A stretch of 64,000 bases of DNA, taken from positions 186,001 to 250,000 of the forward strand of contig NW_026782127.1 of NCBI RefSeq assembly GCF_031769215.1, written 5' to 3'. Origin of the DNA: Ylistrum balloti. Its lineage: Eukaryota. The notes under the pieces are model-generated. The model saw only the letters and a program-made list of their open reading frames with translations. It ran no database searches and was not told the DNA's origin. Positions 38,301 to 51,560 of this stretch are shown one piece after another. A program made the translations under genes and the position numbers. Position 1 is the first letter of the stretch, and the number at the start of each line of letters is the position of its first letter.

Positions 38301-40904
38301 GACCTACCCTATCCAGTACCGGTTACACTGGTTCATGACAAGATATCAGTGTCTGACTGAAATATATTGACAAAACAGTTGTACCGTCCGCTAAACTACT
38401 AGCCTCAAACTTTCAACTGGTTGCCTTTTTTAACGGGATAACAAATACCAAGGAAGCCTAAATGAGTTTTGAAGCTTCAAAGTTTCCGTGATGAAATGTT
38501 ACGGCAAAGTTGGGGTAACACTTCATATATCAAATATAATAGTAATTAAATATTGCACATCACAATATAAAATGGTTTACAAAACCCCTGAATCGCTGAT
38601 TATTTTTTTTTACTTTAAAAATCACTTTTACATCCGACATTTTTTTCTTCTACAAATCCCTCGTATCTCTTAAACACTGTCAATTGTCAATGAATAATGA
38701 ACTTAAAAAAAAAAAAAATTTTAGTGAGTAAAAATTTTAGGATGCAAATTATATCATCAAAGTTATCTGTATTTACTTATCACCAAAAGACAAATATTCT
38801 GAAAATACATGCAAGTCAATGACTATAAATAGACATATCATTCTGTTTCATGTAACATTTCTGTGGTTACAGTATTATAAACGGATTTAGGAAGAAATCC
38901 ATATTTTAAATACCTTTACTTTTATTTTTCACCTTATTCAGAATATATTATACTGACAAAGTCATTTTAATTTGCTGTCAAATTTCATGATTCTAATTGT
39001 CTGCTGTTGCAACGAAATTAATGAAAACAAAATAAGCATGTTTATATGTTTACAAAACGATCCAAATACCATACCAATGGAAATAAAATGAAAAATTGCA
39101 AGATATCAATGTGAGTAAACTGGTTACAACATTTTCCAAAAAAATAACATCTATTTAATACAAATAATATCCATACTGTATGCTACATGCCCGTTACTGT
39201 GACACTGCAAAAAATTGTACCGCAATCGAATCTGTTTTGTTAACAATATTAAGATAGGAAACAACACCAGGACATGATGTACACTGCACATAATGAAATG
39301 AAACATAACCCCACTTTAGCACTACAGGTGCTACATAAACTTAGATACTACAAAGTGCATACATATTTTGTATAAATAAAATTAAAACTAAACATAAATT
39401 ACTACATAAAACTATTAAAACAAAAATTAATTAACAATATTTTTTTCATAAACTTTGATTTCTATAAAAAAAACTTTTTTCTTTTTCTTTTCAAAATACT
39501 TTCCTTTTCCACATGAAAAACAATAAATAAATATTCTTTCGGAAGTTGCAGAAAAAAGAAATCTTGCAAATCATGTTTTTAGAAAAAACACTTCCAAGAA
39601 TTCACACACTTTCGTGTATAATTAGCAATAATCCAAACGTTCAGTGAAACACAAGTTCTATCTAAAGCTGCTGTTTGGCTTTATGGTAGAATAAAGGCAA
39701 TATAACACACTGGTTCAGAAAAATACAAACTTTCAAATGCTGAATGTATCTAAGCGATTGATAAACAACATGATAATTTCATGATGTGGAGGAGTTCCGA
39801 TGACTCTTCGATCAAACAATAGTAAACTTTATGACAATCACAAATGGAGGTTATTGAAGCTTGCAACTGATATCAATTAATAAAGTTATTTTTTTATGCA
39901 TCCATGGTTTTTCCAAAAATTTCAAATAAAAACAAACATCATGAAACATTCTTATTTTCTAGTAGAACAAATTTTCTGCAAATTTACTCGAAACCTTTTA
40001 AAAGGTGAAAATTACAACACTTTGAGTGATAAACCACGAAGCACTGAAAAATAAAAATCCAATTCATTTGCAATAAAAAATAAAGCTTGAAATGAAATCT
40101 ATTAATATGTACATGAATCTGTTAAATCATATTTAGTTGATCATACATCATGATAAAACAGTCGGTACAAAACAGAAAAATGTTGATTAAATGTAATATA
40201 ATCTCTTTAATGATAACAAAAGAGGTCAAGGGAACTCATCATAACAAAGGTTTTACATATGCTCCATTCATATTAGAATCAGGTTAAATAATTGTTAAAG
40301 TGTGACCCTAACCATCCTAAACACCCTCTCCGAAGTACACCAGACTCATGTGTTTTATAGAAGCAAGTGATGTCCACTTCATTGCAATACTCAATATGTA
40401 AGTCAAACCAAAGTAATGACAAGCTCTCAAAGTTTGAGCTGGAGTGGTGTATCCAGTTAAAATTTGTATGTATAGCCAATTTTTCTGTGGACAGATGTGT
40501 CACAATATCAAACAATTTACCAATATCATAAACAAATCTGTGTAGTTTGATGTAGAATATTTTATATGCTTTAAACCTTAGCTTCACTGAGTGCACTTGA
40601 CCTTATCATATAACAATAAATTATGACACCATATATACAACTTATATATATATATATATATAACATCTGACAGCACAACCAGTGCAGTACAACTAAAATC
40701 CACAAGAAGACTTATTAATACAAGTTATACATGTCAAGACAAATATCTTAATAACACAAGTTCAGAAGTGTATACGCTCCACATGTGCTATGTGATTTCT
40801 AAGTCCATCTTAAGTGGATCCAGAATTTGTATCATGGGTGTCCATCCTGTGACTTCAGCTAAAATTTTGGCAAAATCCAATCGATAGTCCAACAGGATAG
40901 GGAT

Positions 40905-41133
40905 TTTAAAGAATTTACTTTATTTCTGGCCCCGCCCCTCTCTCCCAAGGGGGCCGAGATCATTGTTTATACAAAATTTGTTCCCATTCCCTGAAGATGT
41001 TTTTGACCAAATTTGGGCAAAATCCGCTCTGTCATTTATGATTAGAAACAATTAGTAGAAAGAATGATGGACAAACAATGGACACCACTGTATCCCTATA
41101 GCACACTTGGCCCTTCGGGTCAGATGAGCTAAA
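40905..41133 (+). mobile_element. HINE-like element, partial
   Basis: ggccccgcccc, atttgggcaaaatccg, a degenerate gatggacaaacaatggaca tract and the end ttggcccttcgggtcagatgagctaaaa. Confidence 0.55.
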
Positions 41134-43311
41134 ATCAAATAGGGGTTCCCCTGGATCCCCAATCACTCAATGCTAACTCCATACTAAGGTATATTACTGT
41201 GCTTAGTAAGCCAAAATATTGTTTAGATCAAAAACATGGCCATTATAACTGTCAGTTGACAGGTTGTCATGTCAACCAATGAAATCCATAATCATTAGTG
41301 CAGTATTAACCCCAATAAGCTCAGGACAATAAATAAAGTCGGCATCGTGGACGAAAATCAGATTCACTAGTTTTGCTCTAGATAATGTTTGGAAAGATAA
41401 AAAACTAGACACATATATAAATTAGGTGTATGCAAACCAGATAAAAATATGAAGAGGTCCATTGAATATCATATAAGAGGCCATGTATTTTAAGACAAAT
41501 TCAACGATTTTCTACAATTCTCCGTTGATCAACATGTATTAGGGACCCTCCAGTTCCCACCCACATTTATCTCTTTTTGTAAATTGGTATATTTCAGAAA
41601 TTCCACTATACAAATAATTCTCAGTTCACTGAAATCAACGCTGTAACAGGTTTCAGTTACTTCTTTATAAATTCTACTTAAATGCAAGCACAGCCATTGT
41701 GATCTATATCTAACAATCTGCATTTTTCAAAATCAGACTTGTATCAAATTGTGATACACCAACACTTGTTCACATCTACAACTAAACATGCCTCTTATTC
41801 ATTAAATATTCAAATATATAGTATCAGAGTTGAGTTTCACTGATTCATTTATTTTAATGTATTTTATAAAAGTCCATTTTAGAATTGTTAAATTCAACTT
41901 CAGTCCCAATAACCTGGCCATACCTTCGTTCACTCTAGCTTTGTTCTCTGTTAGTTTTCTTTTAATCGTGTTTTTATTTGAAAAATTCCTCTGAAGAATT
42001 TGAATTATTCCCAATATTGATGTTGAAAGAATGAAAATACAATTAATGTGTACTGATCCCCTGTAACAATAAATCTTAAAACTGCGGAACCATAAAAATA
42101 TTAAGAAATTATTCAATTTTTGTTTTGATATAATTTCTACACATTTTCAGAATAAGTTATATTAAATCATTTGACCTGTATACATTCAGAAACCATTAAA
42201 TTAACATCTAAAAATAATCAGAAAAGTCATGACCAGCTACATGAACAACATGGATGTATTAAATGTATATGTAAATTAAGGGACTTCAACTGATAGATTT
42301 CGATAACTTGAGTACACCATGGAAACCAAAATCAAAAACATTTTACATTTCTTTTCCAAATCAGGCTGGGAAGTGGACGAAATATTTCATTCCAAAATAC
42401 ATTTACCATTGTTGGACAAAATAGAACTGACTTATTTTGTTTTTCCCTGTTTTTCTTTTTTCCTAATAAAAATTGTAAAAATTAACATAGAAAAAAATGT
42501 AATAAGTTTAAGAAGTTGATGGCAAACAATTTTTTTCTTTTTTTCGTTTGGTCTGATAAATGATACAGGTTGATTTAGAACATTAATGCAAATTAAATGA
42601 GCATAGGAATCTATAATAAATATGTAAGAGAGAATCAAGAGATACATACAGATACAACAGTCTGGAAACATAGATATCACGTGTACTATTTCAATAACAC
42701 AAAGGAATACACTACAGCTATAGAGGTTTTTCATAAATTAAAGAATATCTTATCACAAAGAGAATCACACACTTAGATATTGTTTGAGCAAATAATACTG
42801 GACATAAATAAATAATTTAAATATCTTAACACTGAACGTGATTAAATTTTAAAATAATTAACTTTGTGTGCAAGAATACAAACACAACAGACATGTAAGA
42901 AATATGAGATTTATATTATCACAAGAAGATAATACACACGATGAATACATATGCACTATTTTTAGGGAAAATAACAGGTAGGGAACTTCTTCCATATAGT
43001 TAAAGGGTTGTGTTTTAAAATTCTGTAGAGCAAAATTAATTTTACTGTATAAAATGAAAGTTTCAGTCACTTTAAAACTACTTTTAGCCATTTAGAAGTG
43101 TTCTTAACAGTATTATGTTTGTGAAATTAAGTTTACAGAAATATACTGTTAAAACTGACATTCACAATTTCTATCCAACCCGGGAATGATTATAAAGTGT
43201 TAGCTCAGATACATTTCATTATACACAGAATTTAAATTAGCAAATAAATTTTGCTTTTTTGAAAAATACTTTTATATATACTGAATTCTTATTGAACTTG
43301 AGTATTATTTT

Positions 43312-45165
43312 TTACCCATCCATGGTAGGTTCTAGATGCCATACTAAATGTGCTGTGAATTCAAGACGATTCCCAAGTTTCTTTAAGCATTTTCTGCAGG
43401 TGAACGGATCTGATTCGTCTGCGGAGTGGAGGGAGTTATGCAGTAAACTCATTGCATAATCCTCAAACCATATACAACAATGTTCGCATCGCATCATTTT
43501 TTTCACTTGAGTTCCTGCGGGAATTTTGTTGACGGTGCTTGGACCCGCTGAAAGTGTTGTCAAAGTGCTTCCCCAACCCGACTGAGGGGCATTCACCAAT
43601 TTGGACATATTAGCACTATTTCCTGCAGCGCTGGTTATTCCAGGGCTAGAACTGACTGTTGGGATGGTAGAAATTGGAACATAGGATTTTAATTTGGCTC
43701 GTAATTTCTGCTGCATGGCTGCCTTGTAACTTGCTGGTCCAATGACCTTGAATTTCATCTTTTTGACACCAGTAGCTGATCTTGGCCCCACTCGTATTTC
43801 CTGAACATTGGGAGTAGTTCCATTATTCTGTGTTTCATTATTTGAACTCTCCTCTTCGCTGGTTTTTGATGCTGAATTTTCTTCATTTTTTTCATCAGTT
43901 TTGCCATCATCTTCTTTAGATTTTTCGTCATCATCGGATTCATCATCATCATCGTCATTATCCATGGTCTGGCATTCCTTACTTAAATCATTGGATGTTT
44001 CAGCCTCTGCAGCAGCTTCAGCATTTTCCTCCATTTCGTCTGCATCTTTTGGTTCCTGTTTGATTTTTTTCAGGTCTGATGGTAAAATAAACATATTCAT
44101 ATCATCGGTGATGGTAGTTGTAGACTGATAGTTGTTATCACCATCTCCGTTATTTGTTTCATTTGTCTCCCTTCCTTCAAAAGTTTCCATTTCTTTCTTC
44201 AATGTATTTGATCCTCCATATGCCATTTCCATCTCATTCTGCACAGCATTTGAAATGGCATCTTTGATGATGCTTTCCATAGCAATGTCTTCGCTGAGTT
44301 GGAAATCGGCAGGCAGACCATTTGATTTATTCACTTTGGCTGGGACATGGCTTACTACATTGTTACGAGGCACTGAATCACGTTTTCCAGAGACGTCTTC
44401 TGGAACCTGTGGTTGGGGACCTAAACTGAATTTTGCAAGGCCTGTGACAGGATTTTCATCATCCTCTGGTATACTTGGTTCTTTTTTTATGATAACACCA
44501 TTTTCTGTGACTTCTGTTGTGGGAGGGTATAACGACAGATGGCTTTCCTTGTGGGTATGGAGTTGCGTTATCAAATCGAAAGCCTCGCCACAACGATGAC
44601 ATGTAAACACTGTTGACACCCCATGAATCTGCTGCAAATGAGAATGCAAGGTCTGGCGACGTAAAAATTTCATGTCACAAAGACGACAAACATTTCTCTG
44701 TTTCTGCGGCATATGAACTTTTAAATGTTGTTTGACATGGTCAGAGCGCGTAAATCTACGACCACATATATTGCAAGCATACGGACGTTCTCCACTGTGA
44801 ACTCTCACATGACGTTGTAATTTTGATGGTGTCGAGTAAGTTTTTCCGCAAACATAGCACGAATGTGAGGATGACTTGCCCCTGGAGTGTGTTGCTATGT
44901 GGTTTTGCATTTCGACAGGTGTATCAAATTGCCTTGCACAAAATCGGCACATAAACTTTGTGACTACCTGAACCGTATATTTGTCCTTATTAGCTGGAGT
45001 GGGCGTTGCAGTAATCATTGACTTTTCTACACTGGACCTTGTCCACACACCGGACCGTGTAGAAACAGGTGGTGTTGATGCCTCCCCATTCATTGACGAA
45101 TCCAGACCATTGACCTCTTTCCTTGGTTGAAGGTCAAGGTTGCTCTCTGTGGCCTCTCCATTCAT
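43312..45165 (-). CDS. C2H2 zinc-finger transcription factor with five N-terminal fingers and an Ikaros/Hunchback-type C-terminal finger pair; single coding exon; 617 aa
   Basis: The listed ORF starts at a TTG (45177); the first ATG is at 45165, downstream of acceptor ttttcag|45213. Fingers: CRFC..HIATH, CYVC..HVRVH-SGERPY-CNIC..HLKVH, CRLC..HLQQIH, CHRC..HKESH. After an acidic linker comes CEHCCIWFEDYAMSLLHNSLHSADESDPFTCRKCLKKLGNRLEFTAHLVWH, resembling the Ikaros/Hb dimerisation consensus CxHCxIxFxDxxMxxxHxxxH...DPFxCxxC...RxEFxxH. Confidence 0.9.
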   Translation of the reverse strand: MNGEATESNLDLQPRKEVNGLDSSMNGEASTPPVSTRSGVWTRSSVEKSMITATPTPANKDKYTVQVVTKFMCRFCARQFDTPVEMQNHIATHSRGKSSSHSCYVCGKTYSTPSKLQRHVRVHSGERPYACNICGRRFTRSDHVKQHLKVHMPQKQRNVCRLCDMKFLRRQTLHSHLQQIHGVSTVFTCHRCGEAFDLITQLHTHKESHLSLYPPTTEVTENGVIIKKEPSIPEDDENPVTGLAKFSLGPQPQVPEDVSGKRDSVPRNNVVSHVPAKVNKSNGLPADFQLSEDIAMESIIKDAISNAVQNEMEMAYGGSNTLKKEMETFEGRETNETNNGDGDNNYQSTTTITDDMNMFILPSDLKKIKQEPKDADEMEENAEAAAEAETSNDLSKECQTMDNDDDDDESDDDEKSKEDDGKTDEKNEENSASKTSEEESSNNETQNNGTTPNVQEIRVGPRSATGVKKMKFKVIGPASYKAAMQQKLRAKLKSYVPISTIPTVSSSPGITSAAGNSANMSKLVNAPQSGWGSTLTTLSAGPSTVNKIPAGTQVKKMMRCEHCCIWFEDYAMSLLHNSLHSADESDPFTCRKCLKKLGNRLEFTAHLVWHLEPTMDG

Positions 45166-45496
45166 TGGTTGGTGCAAATATTAAGCTCTCTGGCTGTTAA
45201 TTTAAGTTTTCATCTGAAAAAAACACAGAAATGAAATGTCTATTACTGTTTGAACACATAAAAAAACATTTTCCTTATTAAGTGAAATTAAGCAGAGATT
45301 CCCCCTCACTGAGAAGACCTTGAAAGCTTATGTAGCCTGCAACAAACCCAGGAAGCCGTTGATAATCCTTATTACTCATTTGATTGGCTTTAATATTTCA
45401 GGACAATGCATTAGCACTGTAATATGGGTGGGCTTATTACCAAACTTTATTGCCATTTAAATGGAGAAATGCCTTATAACAGAACGTAATCCATGA

Positions 45497-45802
45497 ACAA
45501 GAGGCCCAGAGGGCATGTACTGCTCACCTGGATATTTTAGTCAATAATGTTAAACTTTACATTTCTTTAGAAGAAAAATATTTCCCCTGATGAGAATCAA
45601 CCCACAGATACAGCTTCAGTGGGGGTCACAACTGCTTCAGATAACCATAGATTCAAATGAATTGTTGATGGTACAAAGCAATGATATGAAAATAAACTAA
45701 ATCTACTTGGGGGGTTAGATTTCCCCCATTGGGTCCCACCCATCTAGCCCAAGGGGCCTTAAACCCACACTTTATACAACACTTTGGGCCAGGTGAGCTA
45801 AA
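45497..45802 (+). mobile_element. HINE-like element in the 5' intron of the zinc-finger gene
   Basis: Starts aacaagaggcccagagggcatgtactgctcacctg and ends ttgggccaggtgagctaaaa; the two ends carry inverted ctcacctg/caggtgag motifs. Confidence 0.7.
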
Positions 45803-47349
45803 AAAAACCACCACTTTAGAGCTTTCCTGTGTGTTGTCTATACATCATTCTGGATTAATAATTGATGAAGCGAACAGTATGAATTAAGTCATTACTTGTT
45901 GAACATATTTCAATATTTGTCTTCTGATTCACTTTTAGTATATTCAATACAGTTATCACCACCTGTTTGTCGTGAATATTTTTTATATATTTTATTAAAT
46001 TGTCTAAAACAAGCAAAACAAGCTAATATATTACAATATTTTTGTTTATTGAAGTGCTTCAATCAAACTCCCTATAAAACAGCATTTTGTTCTGATAAGT
46101 TATTGTATCATTAAATATTTTTGTCCAACGGAAACAAACCAAAGGGTGTGTATTGTGATGTATATCTAATTGGAGCTAACATATTGTAACCCTGATAATG
46201 TACATGTGTAATCATTTCATCTCAACGAATGTCAAGTACGGTTTTATTTGTGATTTCAGAAATATGACTAAAAAGATGATTCACTTAAACAAGTCTCTGG
46301 CAAAGCCAAGTAAATTAAAACATTAACTGTCACTCTGGATGAAGAAGAGGAATGGTTTCGACCTCCACATACCAGGTAGGTCTTGTGTCTGACTGCAGGT
46401 TTCACCTGTCAGTCACCTGGAATCTCTTACCTTTCCGGATCAGGATGGATGTATTTGCTTTGGATAATCACATTCAAAATTCACCTTAAATGATATAGTA
46501 TGGGACTTTAAAACTGGAGCAGCAGTTCTCAGCAACATCATCCAAAAAATGGATAATCAGAATATTTTAATCTGTAATGTCATTGATGATTATCTTATTC
46601 AAAATCTTCAGTTATCAATCGATGAAAAAACGAAAAAATAAAATTAGATTTGGTATATCAGTGTGTGGAAATGTTTTCTTAATTTTTTTCCAAACTACAA
46701 GTAACACATCTACAAATTGTGATTTTACAAATCCATAGAACAAATCGAAGTTTTATCTGCATGTTTTTAAAAATTGTTTTTAATTATTTTCAGGGTACAA
46801 CATGAAAATATCCTAAATTTTACAACAAAATTATATCCTATCAATTGAATTCAATAATTGTTAAAATCATCATTAAAAATCCAAATCCTATTTGCGATGA
46901 GGATTTGCGATGAGATAACATATCACTGATTAATTTTATTAATAGATTAATGAAATAATCCTTTACCTTCATGTAAAAAATACATTGTTTTATTTGTGTT
47001 TATTTCTATTTTTCACTCTTGTTTCCCCTTTGTGACCCTCTCCTGGACTTTACACAACAATAGGCTTTAAATAGCGACACTGTGTATTGGGGGATTTCTA
47101 GCTCGTTACCTCGGCAAATGCAACAGACCCGAGCCGGAAATATAATATCATTTACCTACAGATTGCTATGAAAGATACCACGTGTTTCGTCTAATTTGGA
47201 TTATTTTTGGTAAAAGCAAGCATATTATTCATTTCAAAGTCCAACCTATTTTCGATATAACTGAGATATAGATCCAATACACATACATGATATGTACACA
47301 TATACGTACATTACCGGTGACCTCACTTTGCCCTAGGGGCCAAATACAC

Positions 47350-47363
47350 AGCGCCATCTATCG
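47350..47363. promoter_or_regulatory. CTCF-like motif upstream of the zinc-finger gene; YY1-like atggcggc at 47612-47619
   Basis: agcgccatctatcg resembles the AGCGCCATCTAGYGG consensus. Motif match only. Confidence 0.3.
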
Positions 47364-47722
47364 TGGGTCACGGAAATAATTTATGCGCTATGTTTAGCCC
47401 TGTAATGACCGTAACATGCTGCCCTTTTTATTCTAGACCACAATAAAACTTTGAGCAAAAAACCGATCAAACATACGTTTAAAGACAAGGTTGATATATA
47501 TTTGATATAAATCAGCTGTTTGATATTACATGTGTCAGTCAGAAACCGTCAAAATGAAAGCGAACCACAGCCCCTAGTAGACTTGTGTATTGTGTCTGAC
47601 AGCGCCGTGTCATGGCGGCGAGAAGGGACCCGACCCTTTCTCAACAATTACTCACGTTTTCTATCTAAACAGGAGATTTTTAAAACTAAATGTTCGTGTA
47701 AATATCAACAATATATACTCAC

Positions 47723-47950
47723 AATGACGGAGAGGCCGTTTCAGGGGTGAATCCAAACCCGGTGTGAACAAGGACCCTGATTTACCTACAGTAGCCACAG
47801 GTCCCTGCCTGTTCGCGAGCCAGCTAGTAAACCTGCGAACAGTGCTCGCTACCAACTAGGGATTAATAAGGGAGAGCAGTCAGCTCGCTCAGCTGGGATC
47901 TGATTCCAGGATGAGGTCATGTAGGGGGAAAAGGTAGCGGGATACTTTAG
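47723..47950 (-). other. Probable non-coding first exon / promoter island of the zinc-finger gene
   Basis: GC-elevated block ending, on the minus strand, at ccgtcatt|gtgagt (donor at 47722). Further minus-strand donors lie at 47655, about 47150 and about 46430. Confidence 0.35.
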
Positions 47951-50254
47951 GGGCTAAACAGAATTAACCTAAGTTAACTTAGTAAAAATTCACTTCCAGG
48001 CGATGCACATTACTACACAAATAACAGCATAATCGTATTTATAAAAATATTCAGATATAAATATTTCATTTCCAATTTATGTATCTACCACTGAATGTAC
48101 CGGATGGGCAAGGTAATTGGTTTGCATTTTCTTAAATAGCAATATACAAATAGGACTCGAAGTCTTTTTTTTAAATTTTAATAAACAATAATTTTTATAT
48201 TTTAAATTTAACACGTGACAATTAGTATAAATGATAATAATAAAAATTATACCTATAGGAAATGTAAAGGATTTCGTCAAAGTGATACAATTTTGATGCA
48301 TCTTTATTATTGGGAAAATATTCGTGAATACGTAAACCACGTCCACATACGTTTCCATAGCTCATCCTCCCCCTCTCTGTCTCTGTATACACGTCACATG
48401 TAGGTTTATGACCAACATATGATAACCAAACCCTACCGCAACCGTGCTTATGATTTTAAAAAATTGTAGTATTCATTTCCGTACTTATAGTATGTCCTTT
48501 ACTCGTAGGTACACACACCGATTCACATTCACGCTCACATTCCAAGCTTTATATAATATACACGTGCATACCCCATTCACATACACAGAAATGCACGTGT
48601 GTGCATAGCGTTCTGTCTAGGCCTATTTCCATCAACATATACTTGAACTTGATTTAAAACAAAGTTTTAAATTGTGGATATGCATGTTGATCAGACATAA
48701 CGCACGTGTACCCAAAGCACATGCAACGATATTAATTTACTAATAATATAAATAGTATTATATCGGCACACACCTTCTTAACACAGAAACTCTCTCAAAT
48801 GTATATATATCTCATGCACTCCATGCTCTCATTACACCTCCACACGTGCTCCCAAAAGCGCTCACTTTCTCTGTCCATTGCATACCATAAATCTAGATCT
48901 CTCGCAAATATTCCCCCACCTATCGTTTGGACATTGTCCAGCTGGCGTGTGTCCGATAAACCCAGGTCACGTGGTATACAAAATCTGACGTAAGGGTACC
49001 TATACTGACCTGTGTGTACTGGCCCTCTGATACGGTCTGCAGAGATTTTTTTTGTGACAGTTAAAACAGCTAAATACACACACCGTGGAAAAGTAGCGAT
49101 GCACAGGCCCCTCCCCCGTTTAATTTCTTTATTTTGTTTTGTGTCCAAGTGGTATTCTTGTCCCCTTTCATATATTTTTGTTTTATTTAATTTAATTTGC
49201 ATTTTTTTATTTCTCGTTTTCTCCATTTCCTTTTATTGTTTTTTCTTCAGTCTTTAATTCTTTTAAGAAAGAGCTCTTTTAATATCGCAATATTTCAATA
49301 TTTCAGTGAAAGGAAAAGGACGTATCTATCACTATCTATTTTCTACTGTTCAATTTCTAAAACATTATGTAAGCGTCTAAAGCAACATATGACTGAAGTA
49401 CAAGTCGTCACTGGAAACACGAGAGCACAACAAACGGATGAAATATTCACCCGTCTGACCCGATCCCATAATTGTGTTTTTGATTTAGTTATTTTGTTTT
49501 GTTATTGTTTGTTTAATATGTATATGAAAATTATCTAGTACCAGTGTCCTGTCTTGATATGTATTAATATGTAAATGTATAAATTAATTTTCTGAAATTG
49601 AATCCATACCATCATTGCTAACATTTAGTTAAAAACTTCGGACCATAGAAAGAGTGAAAGTTGAGACCACTGAAGAAACTTGCATAAACACTTTACCCGA
49701 AAGATTGCCCCCAAAAGGTTGTCCCAAAACGAGTGAAATTAGATCATTTTCACAAATAAGACTGATTTTACCATTGTTAGTCCCCACAAGTACAACCATG
49801 CCGAAAATTAGGCCAACAATACATGTACTTTATTTGAATGAAGTGTCGACCCCTACCCCCCTCCCCGCCTTCCACCCCGACCCCCCCCTCCCAGCAAGCA
49901 AATAGTAAAAAAAAAAATTCATGTTGAATATGTACTGTAAATGATAGACACCACAATAACATATAAAAAAAATAAGGCCGTAAGATCTTATCTAATGAAC
50001 CACAGGCCACTGTGGAAACTTGTACCAATGATTTAATCTAAAAGTTTCCAACAGGTCAAAAGTTTGAAATGCTGTCTACATAGAAGTGGTGGATCCCACT
50101 GAAAATCAAAACCGATTCTAAGTTACAAAGGCCACCACGCTTTTTTGACCGCATGATGAATGTAGATGTTGGGTCATTCTGCAACAACCGTATTTATATC
50201 AGTGTTATGGTGGGTGTTTTTATCACATTGTGACCTTGTCACTTCGATTTTGTC

Positions 50255-50452
50255 GCATTTTCGCTTCGATTTTGTCGCATTGTAGCGTTGGCGCTTATGT
50301 TTTGTCGCATTGACGCTTCGATATTGTCGCTTAGGTTTTGTCGTATTATCACGTTACGAAACTTTACGGTAGGCTATAATAAAACAATGGTGATGGGAAA
50401 TAGACCTAAATGTGAATACCTAACTCCGAATATTCACGGGGCCACCCGTCTA
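50255..50452. mobile_element. Probable end of a non-autonomous DNA transposon with subterminal ttttgtcgcatt repeats
   Basis: At least five ttttgtcgc(a/t)tt-like units followed by ccgaatattcacggggccacccgt. The partner terminus was not found. Confidence 0.35.
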
Positions 50453-50479
50453 CAATTTTCTGATATTTTTTTTAACAAA

Positions 50480-51560
50480 TGAGGACTTAATTTAGACACC
50501 GTGAATTAGGATACCCTAAGGTACACAAAGATGAACTAACGACAGATGCGTTAGCCAATTAGCGGAGGTTATTTGGGATGTTTTGTTCGATTTCGAACTC
50601 TTCTGGCTAACTCATCCCACAAGTATTCCATTGGGACATATCAGGGTTATATGGAGGCCAATCTATACAGAAAATCCCTACAAAATCTTGCGACGTGTGG
50701 TTTAGCGTTATCATGCTGAAATGTCAAATAGTGCCTTATAACAAAGGGCCCAATATGAGGCCTCAGAATCTCATCTCGATAGTGTACAACCGTTAGATTC
50801 GCTCTAATGACCACTAATGTTGTCCATGGGAAATCCTTCCTAAAACCATAAGTGATTCACCACCGAATCTGTCGTGCTCCATAAGTTTCTGCAAGAAGCT
50901 CACCTCAAAGACGGCACCCACGTCGATATTTATCCGTGAAGTGCATGGACCTCCAATGTCTCGAAGGGGACGTCTGTGCACCTTGTGCCGTCACCCATCG
51001 CAAACGGCGTGCTCAACGTTGAGGTGTCAGTAGTGAAACAAGGCCTCTCGCAGTCTATTTCTCACAGTTGCTGAGTGGGTCGGATGGTTTCCGTTACCAA
51101 CGGTATTTCGCGCCGTTTCGGACGTCATTGATATCTTGTCACGCAAGTGGGTAAGGCTAATGTACTGATCTTGACGTCGCGATGTTACACGTGGATGTCC
51201 GGGTCTCGGATTTATAGTCGGTTTGTGAACTCCGAAGTGAGTAACTACCTGCTGTTGAGTATTACCTCCTATGAGCATTGCGACAGACCGTCCTCTACTA
51301 AGGTAGGATAGCCGTGGCATATTTGTAAAAACAATTCTTGATTGCAAACATAAAGACGGTCACGTGTCTTGGTGATAGGCAGAAACCGACACTAGTTTGA
51401 ATGGAAAAGAACGCATGCATTTGTACAGTCACGGTACATTGGTAATTTAAACACACCGGATGTGGATGAGTTTTTTGTCACGGTTGACAGATTTTAAACA
51501 TTTATTGAGGGATTAGGTAAGGTGTCCTAATATTCCTCTTACTTTTTACACAGCTATGTA
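50480..51560 (-). mobile_element. Decayed Tc1/mariner transposon (transposase pseudogene)
   Basis: ORF 51027-51347 gives a Tc1-type N-terminus (MPRLS...TQQQVVTHFGVH...RPGHPRVTSRRQDQYI...TVRNRLREA). Downstream, broken frames give HFTDKY, TFQHDNAKPHVARFCRDFL and DWPPYNPDMS/PMEYLWDELARRVR (DDE core, with a 1-nt deletion near 50635). A TIR-like end lies at 51519-51560; the left TIR is degenerate. Confidence 0.88.

Noticed and set aside
43755-44599. ORFs 43755-43958, 43808-44128 and 44132-44599
   Set aside because: Shifted-frame or antisense shadows of the zinc-finger CDS.
47720-47950. Structured ncRNA (7SK, RNase P/MRP, U3, telomerase RNA) in the GC-rich block
   Set aside because: None of the recalled conserved boxes or a telomeric template were found; a minus-strand splice donor explains it better as a 5' UTR exon.
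48795-49538. ORFs of 64-143 aa on both strands
   Set aside because: Low-complexity composition, no splice logic and no recognisable motifs.
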